Part shown: piece by piece, positions 10,116 through 20,252 of the stretch
How the letters are laid out: every line of letters begins with the position of its first letter
How positions within the stretch are numbered: the stretch's first letter is position 1
Program-made: the position numbers and the translations under genes
From: Opitutales bacterium
GTDB lineage: Bacteria > Verrucomicrobiota > Verrucomicrobiia > Opitutales > UBA2987
Length of the DNA stretch: 64,000 bases
Reading direction: 5' to 3'
Assembly: GCA_965226885.1 (NCBI GenBank)
Contig: CBDDEL010000009.1
Span: 32,001-96,000, forward strand
Notes under the pieces: model-generated
The model's input: the letters and a program-made list of their open reading frames with translations, nothing else
Told to the model about the DNA's origin: nothing
Databases searched by the model: none

Positions 10116-10427
10116 ATGGAGAATCGAAGCATGGGAAGAAGACGCTTTAGTATAGAGTTCAAAAATGAGGCAGTTCAACTGATGATACTCGATGGTCTGA
10201 GCGCCACCGAGGTATCGACCAAACTTGGGGTCAACACCAACCAATTGTATAGGTGGAAGAGGCTCTATCTGGACGATCAGCAGGGCGAAGCCACCTCAAA
10301 GCGACAGAGCAGTCCGAAGGAGATGGCGGCCGAGATAGATCGTCTTCGCAAAGAGCTGCGCCGCTCGGAGCGGATCAACCAGATACTAAAAAAAACGGTG
10401 GGCTACTTTGCCAAGGACGAACAATGA
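10116..10427 (+). CDS. IS3-A OrfA (HTH)
   Basis: RRRFSIEFKNEAV, LGVNTNQLYRW, ILKK. Confidence 0.9.
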   Translation: MENRSMGRRRFSIEFKNEAVQLMILDGLSATEVSTKLGVNTNQLYRWKRLYLDDQQGEATSKRQSSPKEMAAEIDRLRKELRRSERINQILKKTVGYFAKDEQ

Positions 10428-11341
10428 AGTACCAGTTTGTCAAAGACAACGAGGGGCGCTTCAAGATCGAGGAAATATGCTCGGCGATGGGGATTTGTCG
10501 CAGTGGCTATTACTGCTGGAGGCACCGAGCGCCCTCGGCCCGGCGGATCGAGGACGAGGGAATCAAGGGGGCGATCCTGAAGGTACACAAAGAGGCCAAG
10601 GGCCGCTATGGGCATCGGCCAATGCACCGCCATCTGAAGGATGATGAGGGCATCGATTGCGGCCGTGACCGGGCTCTGCGTCTGATGCGTGAAATGGGAA
10701 TCAAAAGCACCCAGAGTAAACGCTTTAAGCCATTAAAAACCAACAGTAACCATCCCTATGGTTACAGCCCCAATGTGCTTAAAAAGCATGGCCAGCCGAC
10801 CCATATCGACGAGGTCTGGGTGGCGGACACGACCTACCTACGGACCCTGGCCGGTTGGATGTACTTGGCCACGGTGATGGACCTGTTCAGCCGACGCCTG
10901 CTGGGCTGGAGCGTTTCCAACCACAACGACGCGAAGCTGGTTGGCAAGGCCCTCAAAGCCGCGGCCATGACCCGCGGCACACTGCGCACCGGGATTATTC
11001 ATCACAGCGATCGGGGCAGCCCCTACGCCAGCGACGACTATCAGAGGCTGGTCTCTGAACTAGGCATGAAGCCGAGCATGAGCGCCCAAGGCAACTGCTA
11101 CGACAACGCGGCCATGGAATCGTTCTACGGCCGCTTCAAGACCAGCACGATTCGAGGCCGCCACTTTGCCGACGAGCGCGAACTGCGATCAACTGTCTTC
11201 GAATACGTGGAAATCTTCTACAACCGATATCGCAAACATTCCTCTCTGAGTTACCAAAGCCCAGTCCAATTCGAGGAAAATATTTGCCCCCCATGGGGGG
11301 CAACGAGAAAACAAAACCCTTTACCAAAACAAGCCGCCTGA
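10424..11341 (+). CDS. IS3-A OrfB (integrase-like DDE core)
   Basis: WVADTTY, HHSDRGS, CYDNAAMESF. Confidence 0.93.
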   Translation: MKYQFVKDNEGRFKIEEICSAMGICRSGYYCWRHRAPSARRIEDEGIKGAILKVHKEAKGRYGHRPMHRHLKDDEGIDCGRDRALRLMREMGIKSTQSKRFKPLKTNSNHPYGYSPNVLKKHGQPTHIDEVWVADTTYLRTLAGWMYLATVMDLFSRRLLGWSVSNHNDAKLVGKALKAAAMTRGTLRTGIIHHSDRGSPYASDDYQRLVSELGMKPSMSAQGNCYDNAAMESFYGRFKTSTIRGRHFADERELRSTVFEYVEIFYNRYRKHSSLSYQSPVQFEENICPPWGATRKQNPLPKQAA

Positions 11342-11683
11342 CACACTAATCAATAAACAATGAATATAAGAGAATCCCGTGTTCAACAAATCCAGTACAC
11401 GTCACATGATTACGCACGATGGTGAACTTGAAAAATTTTTCAAAAATTTCATCACCCACTTCTTTTTGGATCTGACTTGCCAAGAGGTGCTGCAATCCCC
11501 CGGTTTGGTACTTATTATGATTAGTATCCCCGGTCCCCATCCAAAGATTGCTTTCTGCCCGGTTTTTTTTATTAAACGGCCAAATCATATTCTCAATACT
11601 GGAGCCCCCCGTTTTTGGAATGTGAACAAAAATACAATTGTGCTTGTATGAAATCATTTTACTGGTTACTATTCCTATTTGAA

Positions 11684-11741
11684 GCCTAACGTTGCGGATC
11701 ACGCGCGCTGTCAAGCGTCGCCTGCATCCAGCTTGTTGGGC
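11684..11741 (-). other. Integron attC site (canonical, 58 bp)
   Basis: Minus strand GCCCAAC-AAGCT-GGATGCA-GGCGACGC-TTGACA-GCGCGCG-TGATCC-GCAAC-GTTAGGC: RYYYAAC/GTTRRRY cores, GGAT(G)CA/TGATCC pairing with an extrahelical base. Confidence 0.85.
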
Positions 11742-11809
11742 TTTCCTTTGAGTCTCGTTTCATATAGCAATTTGCAGTCCACTCCCTTAAGCGAATACAC
11801 ACGCAGGTC

Positions 11810-11867
11810 GACTAACGGTAGATGTTCATCGGCCACATTGGCAATCCACTGCCGTGACTTGTTAGGT
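11810..11867 (-). other. Integron attC-like site (58 bp, arms poorly complementary)
   Basis: Minus strand ACCTAAC...GTTAGTC, 18 nt downstream of the DUF1330-like stop. Confidence 0.6.
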
Positions 11868-11885
11868 GATGACCAGTATGTTCCG

Positions 11886-12185
11886 CTAACATTCATAGGT
11901 CGCGATAATCGTTGTATCAGTAACTGACTTCTCAAAATGCCTTTGTTTGATCTTGAGATACTCATCGTTTGAGAAGAATAAATTCATCGAGCCTTTGTTC
12001 GAAAAATAAATCGTGAACACTCGATTGATCGGGGCGTCTGTCTTAGACTTGAGAACTTCAGAAACCCTGAAATCGTAGCCAAATCCAGCGCCATAGTTTT
12101 TAAGAATTGGCATCATTTCATCCCGATAAGATTGATATACCTCATCGTCTACGACGTTTAAACCAACTAGCATTTCTAAAGCCAA
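11886..12185 (-). CDS. DUF1330-like small protein (gene cassette)
   Basis: YQSYRDEMMPILKNYGAGFGYDF, INRVFTIYF, FFSNDEY pattern; AT-rich; bounded by attC-like sites. Confidence 0.75.
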   Translation of the reverse strand: MALEMLVGLNVVDDEVYQSYRDEMMPILKNYGAGFGYDFRVSEVLKSKTDAPINRVFTIYFSNKGSMNLFFSNDEYLKIKQRHFEKSVTDTTIIATYEC

Positions 12186-12208
12186 ATCATTTTACCTTCA
12201 CTTCATTC

Positions 12209-12254
12209 AACTAACGCAGGCGTTGGCGATCCGGACTTGATGGTGTTGTTATGT
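12209..12254 (-). other. Shortened attC-like site (46 bp)
   Basis: Minus strand ACATAAC (contains the GNAT TAA stop)...GTTAGTT. Confidence 0.6.
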
Positions 12255-12524
12255 TTCTCTTATTAAACCAGATTCAATAGCTTGCTTTTGGTTACGAAAA
12301 ATTGCCATCGCCGTATTCATTTTATGGAATCCCAGTTTGCTATAAAAGCCCTCTTTTCCTGGGTTAGCGTATAAAATAATTTTTTTGTGACCTTCTGATA
12401 GTGCCACTAACTTTTCAATGATTTTTTTACCAAGTTTTAAGCCTTGGTATTCAGGGTGGACCGCAACATCACATATAAAAGAACAATCCACACCATCAGC
12501 TAAGGCTCGCCCTACACCTACTAG

Positions 12525-14091
12525 CCCGGATATTTCATGAAGGGTAAAGTTTGGCTCGTTATTGCTATTGGAGATGGATTTCTTTGTATTTTGAGCAGAT
12601 CGTCTTGATTTTTAGGTGTTTTTCAGGGTGTAGAGACACTGCCCCCTTTCCCCCATTGGTTCGGTAGTGCCGGGGGCAGCACCAATGCACCCTTTAGGTT
12701 GGCACCAATCGGCGGGCCGCATGGTTGAAAAGACTGGCCCAAGGATAACTCTCACTTAGGTGAAAGTGAATCGTTCGGGTGTTGCGCACGATGACCGCTC
12801 CGATCTTGATTAATTTGAGCCGCAGGGTGTGGCATTGGGCCCGCGCCCACTTCGTCCCTTTTAAGGCTAACCGGCGCATGGCTTCCATCAAGGTGTAGGC
12901 CAGCGCCGACAAGAGCAATCGCCACTGATTGGCCCACCATTGATGGGCGCTGGTGCGCTCGCTGAACAATTGCATCTGTTCCTTGATTCGGTTCTCCATT
13001 TCACCGCGGCCACAGTATACCTTGTCGTAAAGCTCCTGGGGATCGCCCGGCAGGTTCGTCACCACGAAGCGCGGGTTGGACCCCTGTGCGGTGTGTTCGG
13101 CTTTATGGATGACCAACCGCAGCCATCGCCACGAATCGGCAGCATAGACGAAGTCCTGGAATAACCGTTGTTTTTTACCCCTTAGTTCGAACCATTCTTT
13201 GGCCTGCTTTTGCAACTGCTGGGCGTCTTGCTGCAAGCGTGCATTGCGAGCCATCCCCACGATGTAACTAACTTCGTTGCGGTCGCACCAAGAGAGTATC
13301 CGGTCTCGACAAAATCCACTGTCGGCGCGCCAAATAATCCGCGTACGGGGCCAGCTTTGGCGAATCCGTTTAACCAGCAATTTGAGGATGGCCCCAGCAT
13401 GCTTGCTGGCATCGATCTTGCTCGGCCGCAGGTAGGCCACCAGCAGCTGATCACCGCAAAAAACATATAGCGGCAGAAAACAGTAATGATCATAATAACC
13501 GTGGAAAAAACGTCCCTCCTGGAGCCCGTGCACCGGATTGTCGGTGGCGTCAAAGTCCAGGATGATCTCTTCGGGTTCCTCGGCAAAGGAGCCCATGAAC
13601 TGTTCGACCAACAGCTCGTTTACCGCAAAGGCCGCCCGCCGATCCTGCCCGTTTTCAAAACGACACAAAGTCGGCGCGCTGGCCAACGTTTCAATGCGCC
13701 CCGTTACCGTTTGCAACAATGGATCGTGGCGCAGGGTATCAAAGTCGTTCAAATCCTCATAGCCCGCCACCAGCCCGTAAACGCGCTGCCGCAGCATCCC
13801 CAATACCTCATGGCGTACTTTGCCCTTCTGCCGTTTGTCCACTAACTGTCGGGCCGCTCGTTCGGTCAAGCCCAACTGCCGATCCACTTCCCGGATCAAA
13901 AGCAGTCCGGCATCCGAAGTAACCTCTCCGCCCTTGAAATCAACCCGCACACGGCGGCCTTTTACCCTTGTCAACTGTAGCTTTAATTGTTTACCTTTTG
14001 TCATCGCTGATATTGCTTTAATTATTGATCTATCCTGCTGTATATCAGCAGTTAAGCATATCAACGATACTTTTTTTACGAAATATCCGGG
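12525..14091 (-). mobile_element. IS1380-family element, copy 1
   Basis: IRs CCCGGATATTTC / GAAATATCCGGG, TSD CTAG, 1567 bp. Confidence 0.95.
12694..14064 (-). CDS. IS1380-family transposase
   Basis: TSDAGLLL, LDFDATD, RADSGF, YCGRGEMENRIKE. Confidence 0.95.
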   Translation of the reverse strand: MICLTADIQQDRSIIKAISAMTKGKQLKLQLTRVKGRRVRVDFKGGEVTSDAGLLLIREVDRQLGLTERAARQLVDKRQKGKVRHEVLGMLRQRVYGLVAGYEDLNDFDTLRHDPLLQTVTGRIETLASAPTLCRFENGQDRRAAFAVNELLVEQFMGSFAEEPEEIILDFDATDNPVHGLQEGRFFHGYYDHYCFLPLYVFCGDQLLVAYLRPSKIDASKHAGAILKLLVKRIRQSWPRTRIIWRADSGFCRDRILSWCDRNEVSYIVGMARNARLQQDAQQLQKQAKEWFELRGKKQRLFQDFVYAADSWRWLRLVIHKAEHTAQGSNPRFVVTNLPGDPQELYDKVYCGRGEMENRIKEQMQLFSERTSAHQWWANQWRLLLSALAYTLMEAMRRLALKGTKWARAQCHTLRLKLIKIGAVIVRNTRTIHFHLSESYPWASLFNHAARRLVPT

Positions 14092-14143
14092 CTAGAGTAA
14101 AATTTGAATAGACAAAACATTTGAATTTACTGTTTGAAAATAC

Positions 14144-16279
14144 GGTAGTGTATAAAAAAAGAATGTTATTTTGTATTTTTAGCTGTACAAATAGCGTTAG
14201 GCAGTTTATTCTTAGTGCATGGTTACTAAAATTATTAATTGTCGGCACTGTGGAAGTGAAAATATCATTAAATTTGGCAAGACGCCCAACCATAAACAGC
14301 GCTACCGCTGCCATGATTGTGGTAAACAAAGCCGCGAAAACCCCACAGTGAAATACACCGAAGAGCAAAAAGAAATGATCCTTCGAGTCTATCAGGAACG
14401 CAGCAGTCTACGCGGTTTACAGCGCGCCTTCGGGGTGAGTCCCAACACCGTTTTGAGTTGGTTAAAAAAAACGACAATCGCTGCGACCGCTCAAAAGCAC
14501 GATTCTTGCGGCCCGCCGCCATGATGTCATTGAACTGGACGAACTGTGGTCTTTTGTGGGGCGCAAGAGCGATGCCCAATGGGTTTGGATCGCTCTTTGC
14601 CGACGCACCCGTCAAATCCTCTCCTATGCCATTGGGCCTCGGGATTGGTATCGTTGCCGGGAACTTTACGAGCGTCTGCCACGGGCCTACAAAAGATGTG
14701 CCACCTACAGCGACTTTTGGAGCACTTATGATGAAGTCTTTCCTCATAACCGATCCGTGGGAAAAGAAACCGGTGAAACGGCCCATGTGGAACGATGGAA
14801 CAATACCCTGCGCCAACGACTGGGTCGTTTCACACGCAAAACCCTCTCCTTTGACTTTGACGTGTACTGGATTTGTTGGACACGGGATTCTCTTATATTC
14901 ATTGTTTATTGATTAGTGTGTCAGGCGGCTTGTTTTGGTAAAGGGTTTTGTTTTCTCGTTGCCCCCCATGGGGGGCAAATATTTTCCTCGAATTGGACTG
15001 GGCTTTGGTAACTCAGAGAGGAATGTTTGCGATATCGGTTGTAGAAGATTTCCACGTATTCGAAGACAGTTGATCGCAGTTCGCGCTCGTCGGCAAAGTG
15101 GCGGCCTCGAATCGTGCTGGTCTTGAAGCGGCCGTAGAACGATTCCATGGCCGCGTTGTCGTAGCAGTTGCCTTGGGCGCTCATGCTCGGCTTCATGCCT
15201 AGTTCAGAGACCAGCCTCTGATAGTCGTCGCTGGCGTAGGGGCTGCCCCGATCGCTGTGATGAATAATCCCGGTGCGCAGTGTGCCGCGGGTCATGGCCG
15301 CGGCTTTGAGGGCCTTGCCAACCAGCTTCGCGTCGTTGTGGTTGGAAACGCTCCAGCCCAGCAGGCGTCGGCTGAACAGGTCCATCACCGTGGCCAAGTA
15401 CATCCAACCGGCCAGGGTCCGTAGGTAGGTCGTGTCCGCCACCCAGACCTCGTCGATATGGGTCGGCTGGCCATGCTTTTTAAGCACATTGGGGCTGTAA
15501 CCATAGGGATGGTTACTGTTGGTTTTTAATGGCTTAAAGCGTTTACTCTGGGTGCTTTTGATTCCCATTTCACGCATCAGACGCAGAGCCCGGTCACGGC
15601 CGCAATCGATGCCCTCATCATCCTTCAGATGGCGGTGCATTGGCCGATGCCCATAGCGGCCCTTGGCCTCTTTGTGTACCTTCAGGATCGCCCCCTTGAT
15701 TCCCTCGTCCTCGATCCGCCGGGCCGAGGGCGCTCGGTGCCTCCAGCAGTAATAGCCACTGCGACAAATCCCCATCGCCGAGCATATTTCCTCGATCTTG
15801 AAGCGCCCCTCGTTGTCTTTGACAAACTGGTACTTCATTGTTCGTCCTTGGCAAAGTAGCCCACCGTTTTTTTTAGTATCTGGTTGATCCGCTCCGAGCG
15901 GCGCAGCTCTTTGCGAAGACGATCTATCTCGGCCGCCATCTCCTTCGGACTGCTCTGTCGCTTTGAGGTGGCTTCGCCCTGCTGATCGTCCAGATAGAGC
16001 CTCTTCCACCTATACAATTGGTTGGTGTTGACCCCAAGTTTGGTCGATACCTCGGTGGCGCTCAGACCATCGAGTATCATCAGTTGAACTGCCTCATTTT
16101 TGAACTCTATACTGCGTCTTCTTCCCATGCTTCGATTCTCCATTTAGGAGAATCTCGTGTCCACTTTTTCCAGTGCACATCACTTTTCCAAGCTTAAGAG
16201 TATGCATGAAACCTGTCTGAGACTTTTCATTCATCAATATAATCAAGAATTAGCCACCATTCCTACTTAATACACTACC
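14144..16279 (+). mobile_element. IS1-family element type A, copy 1, interrupted by IS3-A
   Basis: GGTAGTGTA...TACACTACC ends; insA 14219-14524 with CxxC zinc ribbon and A8 frameshift run; insB split; no TSD. Confidence 0.92.
14858..16182 (-). mobile_element. IS3-family element type A, copy 2 (nested in IS1-A)
   Basis: Same ends as copy 1, TSD CTT; orfA 15835-16143 lacks one codon; orfB 14921-15838. Confidence 0.95.
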
Positions 16280-16700
16280 CAAACCCGAACCGGACCTTCC
16301 GCCGAGGGTAAAACAAGTCGGGTTCGAAGACCTGCTGCGGGGTTCGGACGTGGTATCGATTCACATTCACCTGACCGAGGAGAACCAAAACCTTTTAGAC
16401 CGTCGCGCCTTACAGATGATGAAACCCGGAGCGGTGCTCATCAATACGAGCCGCGGAGCGATCATTGACGAGAGTGCTTTATTGGATGTCCTGCGCGACG
16501 GGCCCCTGGCGGGTGCGGGAGTCGATGTCATCTGTGGCGAGGATCGAGCGGATATGGGCAACCACCCGCTGGTGCAATACGCCCGGTCGCACGATAACCT
16601 GTTGATCTCTCCTCATATCGGCGGGGTAACGTTTGAACCGGTGACGCTCGTTTGCAAACGTATGGTGGAACGAATAGTGGCGTTCATGGAGGCAACCTGA
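16280..16700 (+). pseudogene. 3' fragment of a D-2-hydroxyacid dehydrogenase
   Basis: MKPGAVLINTSRGAIIDE, GAGVDV, SPHIGG; N-terminal half lost at the IS1 end. Confidence 0.85.
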
Positions 16701-16752
16701 CTGGGCTTTATGGAGGCGTTTATCGATAAATGGTATTTATCGGTAATTTATT

Positions 16753-18327
16753 TCACGTGCTCCAAAAGGAATAGAGGCGAGCATTGTAGATATTGAATCG
16801 CAACGACACCGGAGCCCCTGAACGTACCGCCTGCAGTTGGTCCGGAGCGAGATCAAGCGTCTCGTCGAGCGAGTCGGCCCGGATTTCAAAACGGGTTCCA
16901 AGCGGCTTTCCGTGCCGGTCCAGCAATGTCACCCGGACCGAGCCGTAGGCGGCTTCGAGATTAAAGTGGAGGCTAGTCCCCAAACCGGTCAGCGGTTTTG
17001 TTAATATGACCCCTCCGTCGAAGCTGGCCCCGCAGGAAACAAAGCGGTCCCGTGGCACGGTTGCCAAACCTATGGCGGTTTCCTGGGGCCCTGTATCGTT
17101 GCCGAAGTAGGGCGAATGCCGCCGTGTTCGGCCACTATAATAGAACCGTACTTCGTCCCCCACGAACACCGGATGGGAGGCCATCGAAGTGTTGAACCGG
17201 TCCCACTCACCGATGCCCCCCAGAGGTATGAACGGCTGGCGGTCGTCCATCCGTTGCCATTTCTCCCCGTCGCGGCTGACGGCTAGTTGAATATCCAAAC
17301 CTATTCCTTCAGGAGAACCGTGGTAGATCTCCACCAAGCCGATAAAAAGCCCTTCATACGGAAACGCCGAAAGGAAATAGATTTCATCATAGGGAAGATC
17401 CTGTTCGTCGCATTTCAGCACCAATCCTTTTACCCGCCAATGCTCGAAATCGTCGCTTTCCACCAGGCGGGTGGCTCGACCCCAGTAAAAATCCCGGAAC
17501 CAGGGTTCCTCGCGTCGCTCCGCATACAGTCGTTCCGGAATGAAAAAATCGCGCCCGTAAAAAAGGTAACGCCGACGGTAGGGATCAAATGTCATATAAC
17601 CCATGTCATGGATTTCCGGTATCGCCATGCTGTTGGGACGTTGCCAGTGGATGCCGTCCGGTGAAGTGACGGTGCCCATGGCACGCGTTTGTGTGCTCAG
17701 AAACAGGCCCTTTTCGAAGACCTCCCGATACATCGCCACGAGATCGCCGCGGCCCCGGTTTTCCAGGTCGGCAAAGAGATCGGCATAACGCTCTTCGATG
17801 AAATGGACATGGGGCGAGGCCGGTCCCACCCGCTTGTACTTGTAAATCATCTTGTAGCGACGCGATTCGTCCGGGTCCTGTGGATCGTGAAGCACGGTGG
17901 TGAACTCGGTGAGGTTCGGGATGTCCGCCGGGCCAATCACACAGTTGGTCTTCTGTCCTTCGTACTCGACGATATCCAGTTCCGGCTTTTCCCAGCGAAG
18001 ACCATCGTCGGAGCGGGCGTAGCCGACGAACCCCCGGTCACCATACCTATCCCCGAATTTTCGCAGGCCGCCGCGCTTATCCCAGGTGAAATACCACATG
18101 CGATATCCTTCTTTGGGATCAAAGATCACCGATCCGTAGATGAGCGGGAGCCGGTCCCACGGCCGATCCGCTGTCACGATGGGGTTGGCGGCATACTTTT
18201 GGGCCGGTGTCACCTGGCGGATCACACCGTCACTCTCCGCTATGGCATGGTTGTCGAGGAAGAGTTGCCGGAACGCCCCTATGTCGACGGCCTCATCGGA
18301 CCCACTTGTGTTCGTCGACTGCGTCAT
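16753..18327 (-). CDS. Beta-propeller glycoside hydrolase-like protein (GH32/43-like fold, uncharacterised)
   Basis: RQLFLD, YRMWY, YARSDDGLRWEKP, SPDGIHW, SRDGEKW Asp-box-like repeats, RLYSFW end; ATGA-coupled to the upstream hydrolase. Confidence 0.7.
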   Translation of the reverse strand: MTQSTNTSGSDEAVDIGAFRQLFLDNHAIAESDGVIRQVTPAQKYAANPIVTADRPWDRLPLIYGSVIFDPKEGYRMWYFTWDKRGGLRKFGDRYGDRGFVGYARSDDGLRWEKPELDIVEYEGQKTNCVIGPADIPNLTEFTTVLHDPQDPDESRRYKMIYKYKRVGPASPHVHFIEERYADLFADLENRGRGDLVAMYREVFEKGLFLSTQTRAMGTVTSPDGIHWQRPNSMAIPEIHDMGYMTFDPYRRRYLFYGRDFFIPERLYAERREEPWFRDFYWGRATRLVESDDFEHWRVKGLVLKCDEQDLPYDEIYFLSAFPYEGLFIGLVEIYHGSPEGIGLDIQLAVSRDGEKWQRMDDRQPFIPLGGIGEWDRFNTSMASHPVFVGDEVRFYYSGRTRRHSPYFGNDTGPQETAIGLATVPRDRFVSCGASFDGGVILTKPLTGLGTSLHFNLEAAYGSVRVTLLDRHGKPLGTRFEIRADSLDETLDLAPDQLQAVRSGAPVSLRFNIYNARLYSFWST

Positions 18328-19446
18328 TGTAACCACCGCTCCATAAAACCGTAGGTTTCCGCGCCGTTCCATCCGTGCGGACCCTCAAAGAGATAGTAGT
18401 GCAGCCGATTTCCGGCACCGAGAAGATCATAGGCCTGACGGGCTATCGCCACCTGCTCCGTCGATGTGGCCGCACCCCGCTCGCCACACAACAGGTCCTG
18501 TGTCCCTGTTTCGATCAGTAAAGGACGCGGCGCGATCACGGCGGCGATGTCTCCGGCATCGAAATACTCGAATAGGGGCGGGACGTAGCTACAGTCACAG
18601 CGAATTTGTTTGAGGAGGGAATCTCTGAATCCGAAGAAGTTGCCGCTTATTACCGCCAACTTGACGCGCTCGTCCAGCGCTGTAAACCACAGCGTCTGTA
18701 GACCACCACCCGATGAACCGACACAAGCCAGGCGTTCCGGATCGCAATCAATGCGTTCGTTGATAATGTAGTCCGCCAGGCGCATCAAGTCCCACGTCCA
18801 CATTCCGATCACCGTTTGTCCGAGTCCCGCGGCCATCCGTGCAAGGATCGAACAGCTGTTGCGGACCGCGCTCGCTTCGTCGTCACCAGCATTGCGCACC
18901 TCGCCGCCTTGGCGGTGAATTTCCCTCCGCTCGCCGAATCCGCGGGCGTCGGGGCAGAAAACTATGTACCCGCGCCGGCATAACTCTACGCCATAGTCTT
19001 CCTTGCCTGCGCGGTTCCTTGCCTGCGCGGGACTCCAGTATTTCCCGTACTTTCGGAATATCTGTCCGCCCCACCGTCCGGTACTTGCCTATGCCGCCGT
19101 GCCCGTGCGCCGCGATCACACATGGGAGTCGCGCCGGCGCCCGGTAATCTCCGGGGATGAGAACATAGAGAGGCATCCACACTCCCGGTTCGGTTTGTAG
19201 CAGGATTCGTTGTCGGCGTATCCCCTCGACCTCTACCTCCTCGGTGCATTCCGTCTCTGGCTCGCACCGCTCCATGCGGTCCAGACCGCTCAGTTCCCAA
19301 AGAAAGCCAAGGGCTTCGCCCCTCCATTTTCGAAACGCCGATTCCGAACTTGCGTCCACCGGAAAGCGGCGCGCCCGCCTGGCGAATTCATCAAGTAAAT
19401 GGTCTACCGATCCGTAAAAACGGTCGAAATGTATGGTTCGGCTCAT
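18324..19446 (-). pseudogene. Alpha/beta hydrolase (dienelactone hydrolase/acetylxylan esterase-like), frameshifted
   Basis: AAHGHG, DARGFGER, GSSGGG nucleophile elbow, APRPLLI, GPH; frameshift from a 16-bp tandem duplication at 18999-19030. Confidence 0.8.
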
Positions 19447-19832
19447 TGGGCTCAACCCTAGAACCCGGCCTCTATCCTGTCAAGTTAGCCTGTGCCCAGG
19501 CTTGTCGAAACGGATGCACAATGCCCCGACGACAGTCGGCGGAAACAAAGGATAAGACGTTTCACTTGTAGGTTCAAGTTATGTCTTCAAGGTTAAAGAA
19601 TTGTTCTCAGAAGCATTGGCTAAGTATATGGGAATGTAATGAATGCGTCATGGATCTGAGTGGTAAGCAGAAAGCAAATCGGTAGCTACCATAGCGTTTT
19701 CGATCACTTTAAAGGAGAGTTCGTATCGCCGGGAAAGCGCAAGCCCCGAAATATCCCGATATAGAATGAAATTACAACGATCTCAAAACGCTGTAATTAG
19801 TTTATAAACAGGGGTTAAGATTTTGGGTAAAA

Positions 19833-19909
<77 letters not shown>

Positions 19910-20252
19910 ATTGTGTTTATAGGCCGGTATTTAAAGTTGAAGAGTTTGCATTAGAAGAGCTTTGTTTGTGAATTCAAGCTTATTTTGACAATTTAAATTT
20001 TTTTGTCATGGGTGAGCCGAGGACCCGCGCGGGCTTGGCGAAATTGTCACTTTCTGCTTGCTATTGGTGCCGGGCGGGGTATTTCTGGCGGTTGCTTTTC
20101 GAGAGGATTGCTCATTGATTGGGTAGCTCTTTCGATTAATAACTTAATCTTCAACTCTTATTACGCCAAAGTTCTCCGGTTCTCCGGGTTTGCGCCCATG
20201 GGAGAGCTGCTTCCTCTATATAATATGAGGGGCGTTTCCATAAAATTACATA

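Larger units (their letters stand above)
10077..11404 (+). mobile_element. IS3-family element type A, copy 1
   Basis: TGATGTGCACTGGA...TCCAGTACACGTCA ends, TSD CAT, orfA/orfB with A8 run and ATGA overlap. Confidence 0.95.
9887..11657 (-). pseudogene. Sulfotransferase family 2 cassette gene, split by IS3-A and truncated by the IS5-like element
   Basis: FVHIPKTGGSSI (5'-PSB) and KFTIVRN|WDKVVS (3'-PB) on either side of IS3-A; ends at LVDYI at the IS end. Confidence 0.85.
12249..14143 (-). pseudogene. GNAT acetyltransferase cassette gene, split by IS1380 and 5'-truncated by IS1
   Basis: Removing IS1380 gives VFSNSKFKCFVYSNFTLVGVGRALADGVDCSFICDVAVHPEYQGLKLG...FYSKLGF. Confidence 0.85.

Noticed and set aside
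10253..10423. N-terminal extension making IS3-A OrfB 362 aa
   Set aside because: Overlaps orfA in another frame; OrfB more plausibly starts at ATG 10424 or is reached by frameshift
11711..11965. 84-aa ORF in the cassette array
   Set aside because: Overlaps the DUF1330-like gene out of frame and runs through two attC-like sites
19560..19590. Possible dif/Xer site near TTATGT
   Set aside because: Only a partial XerD-like arm; no XerC arm
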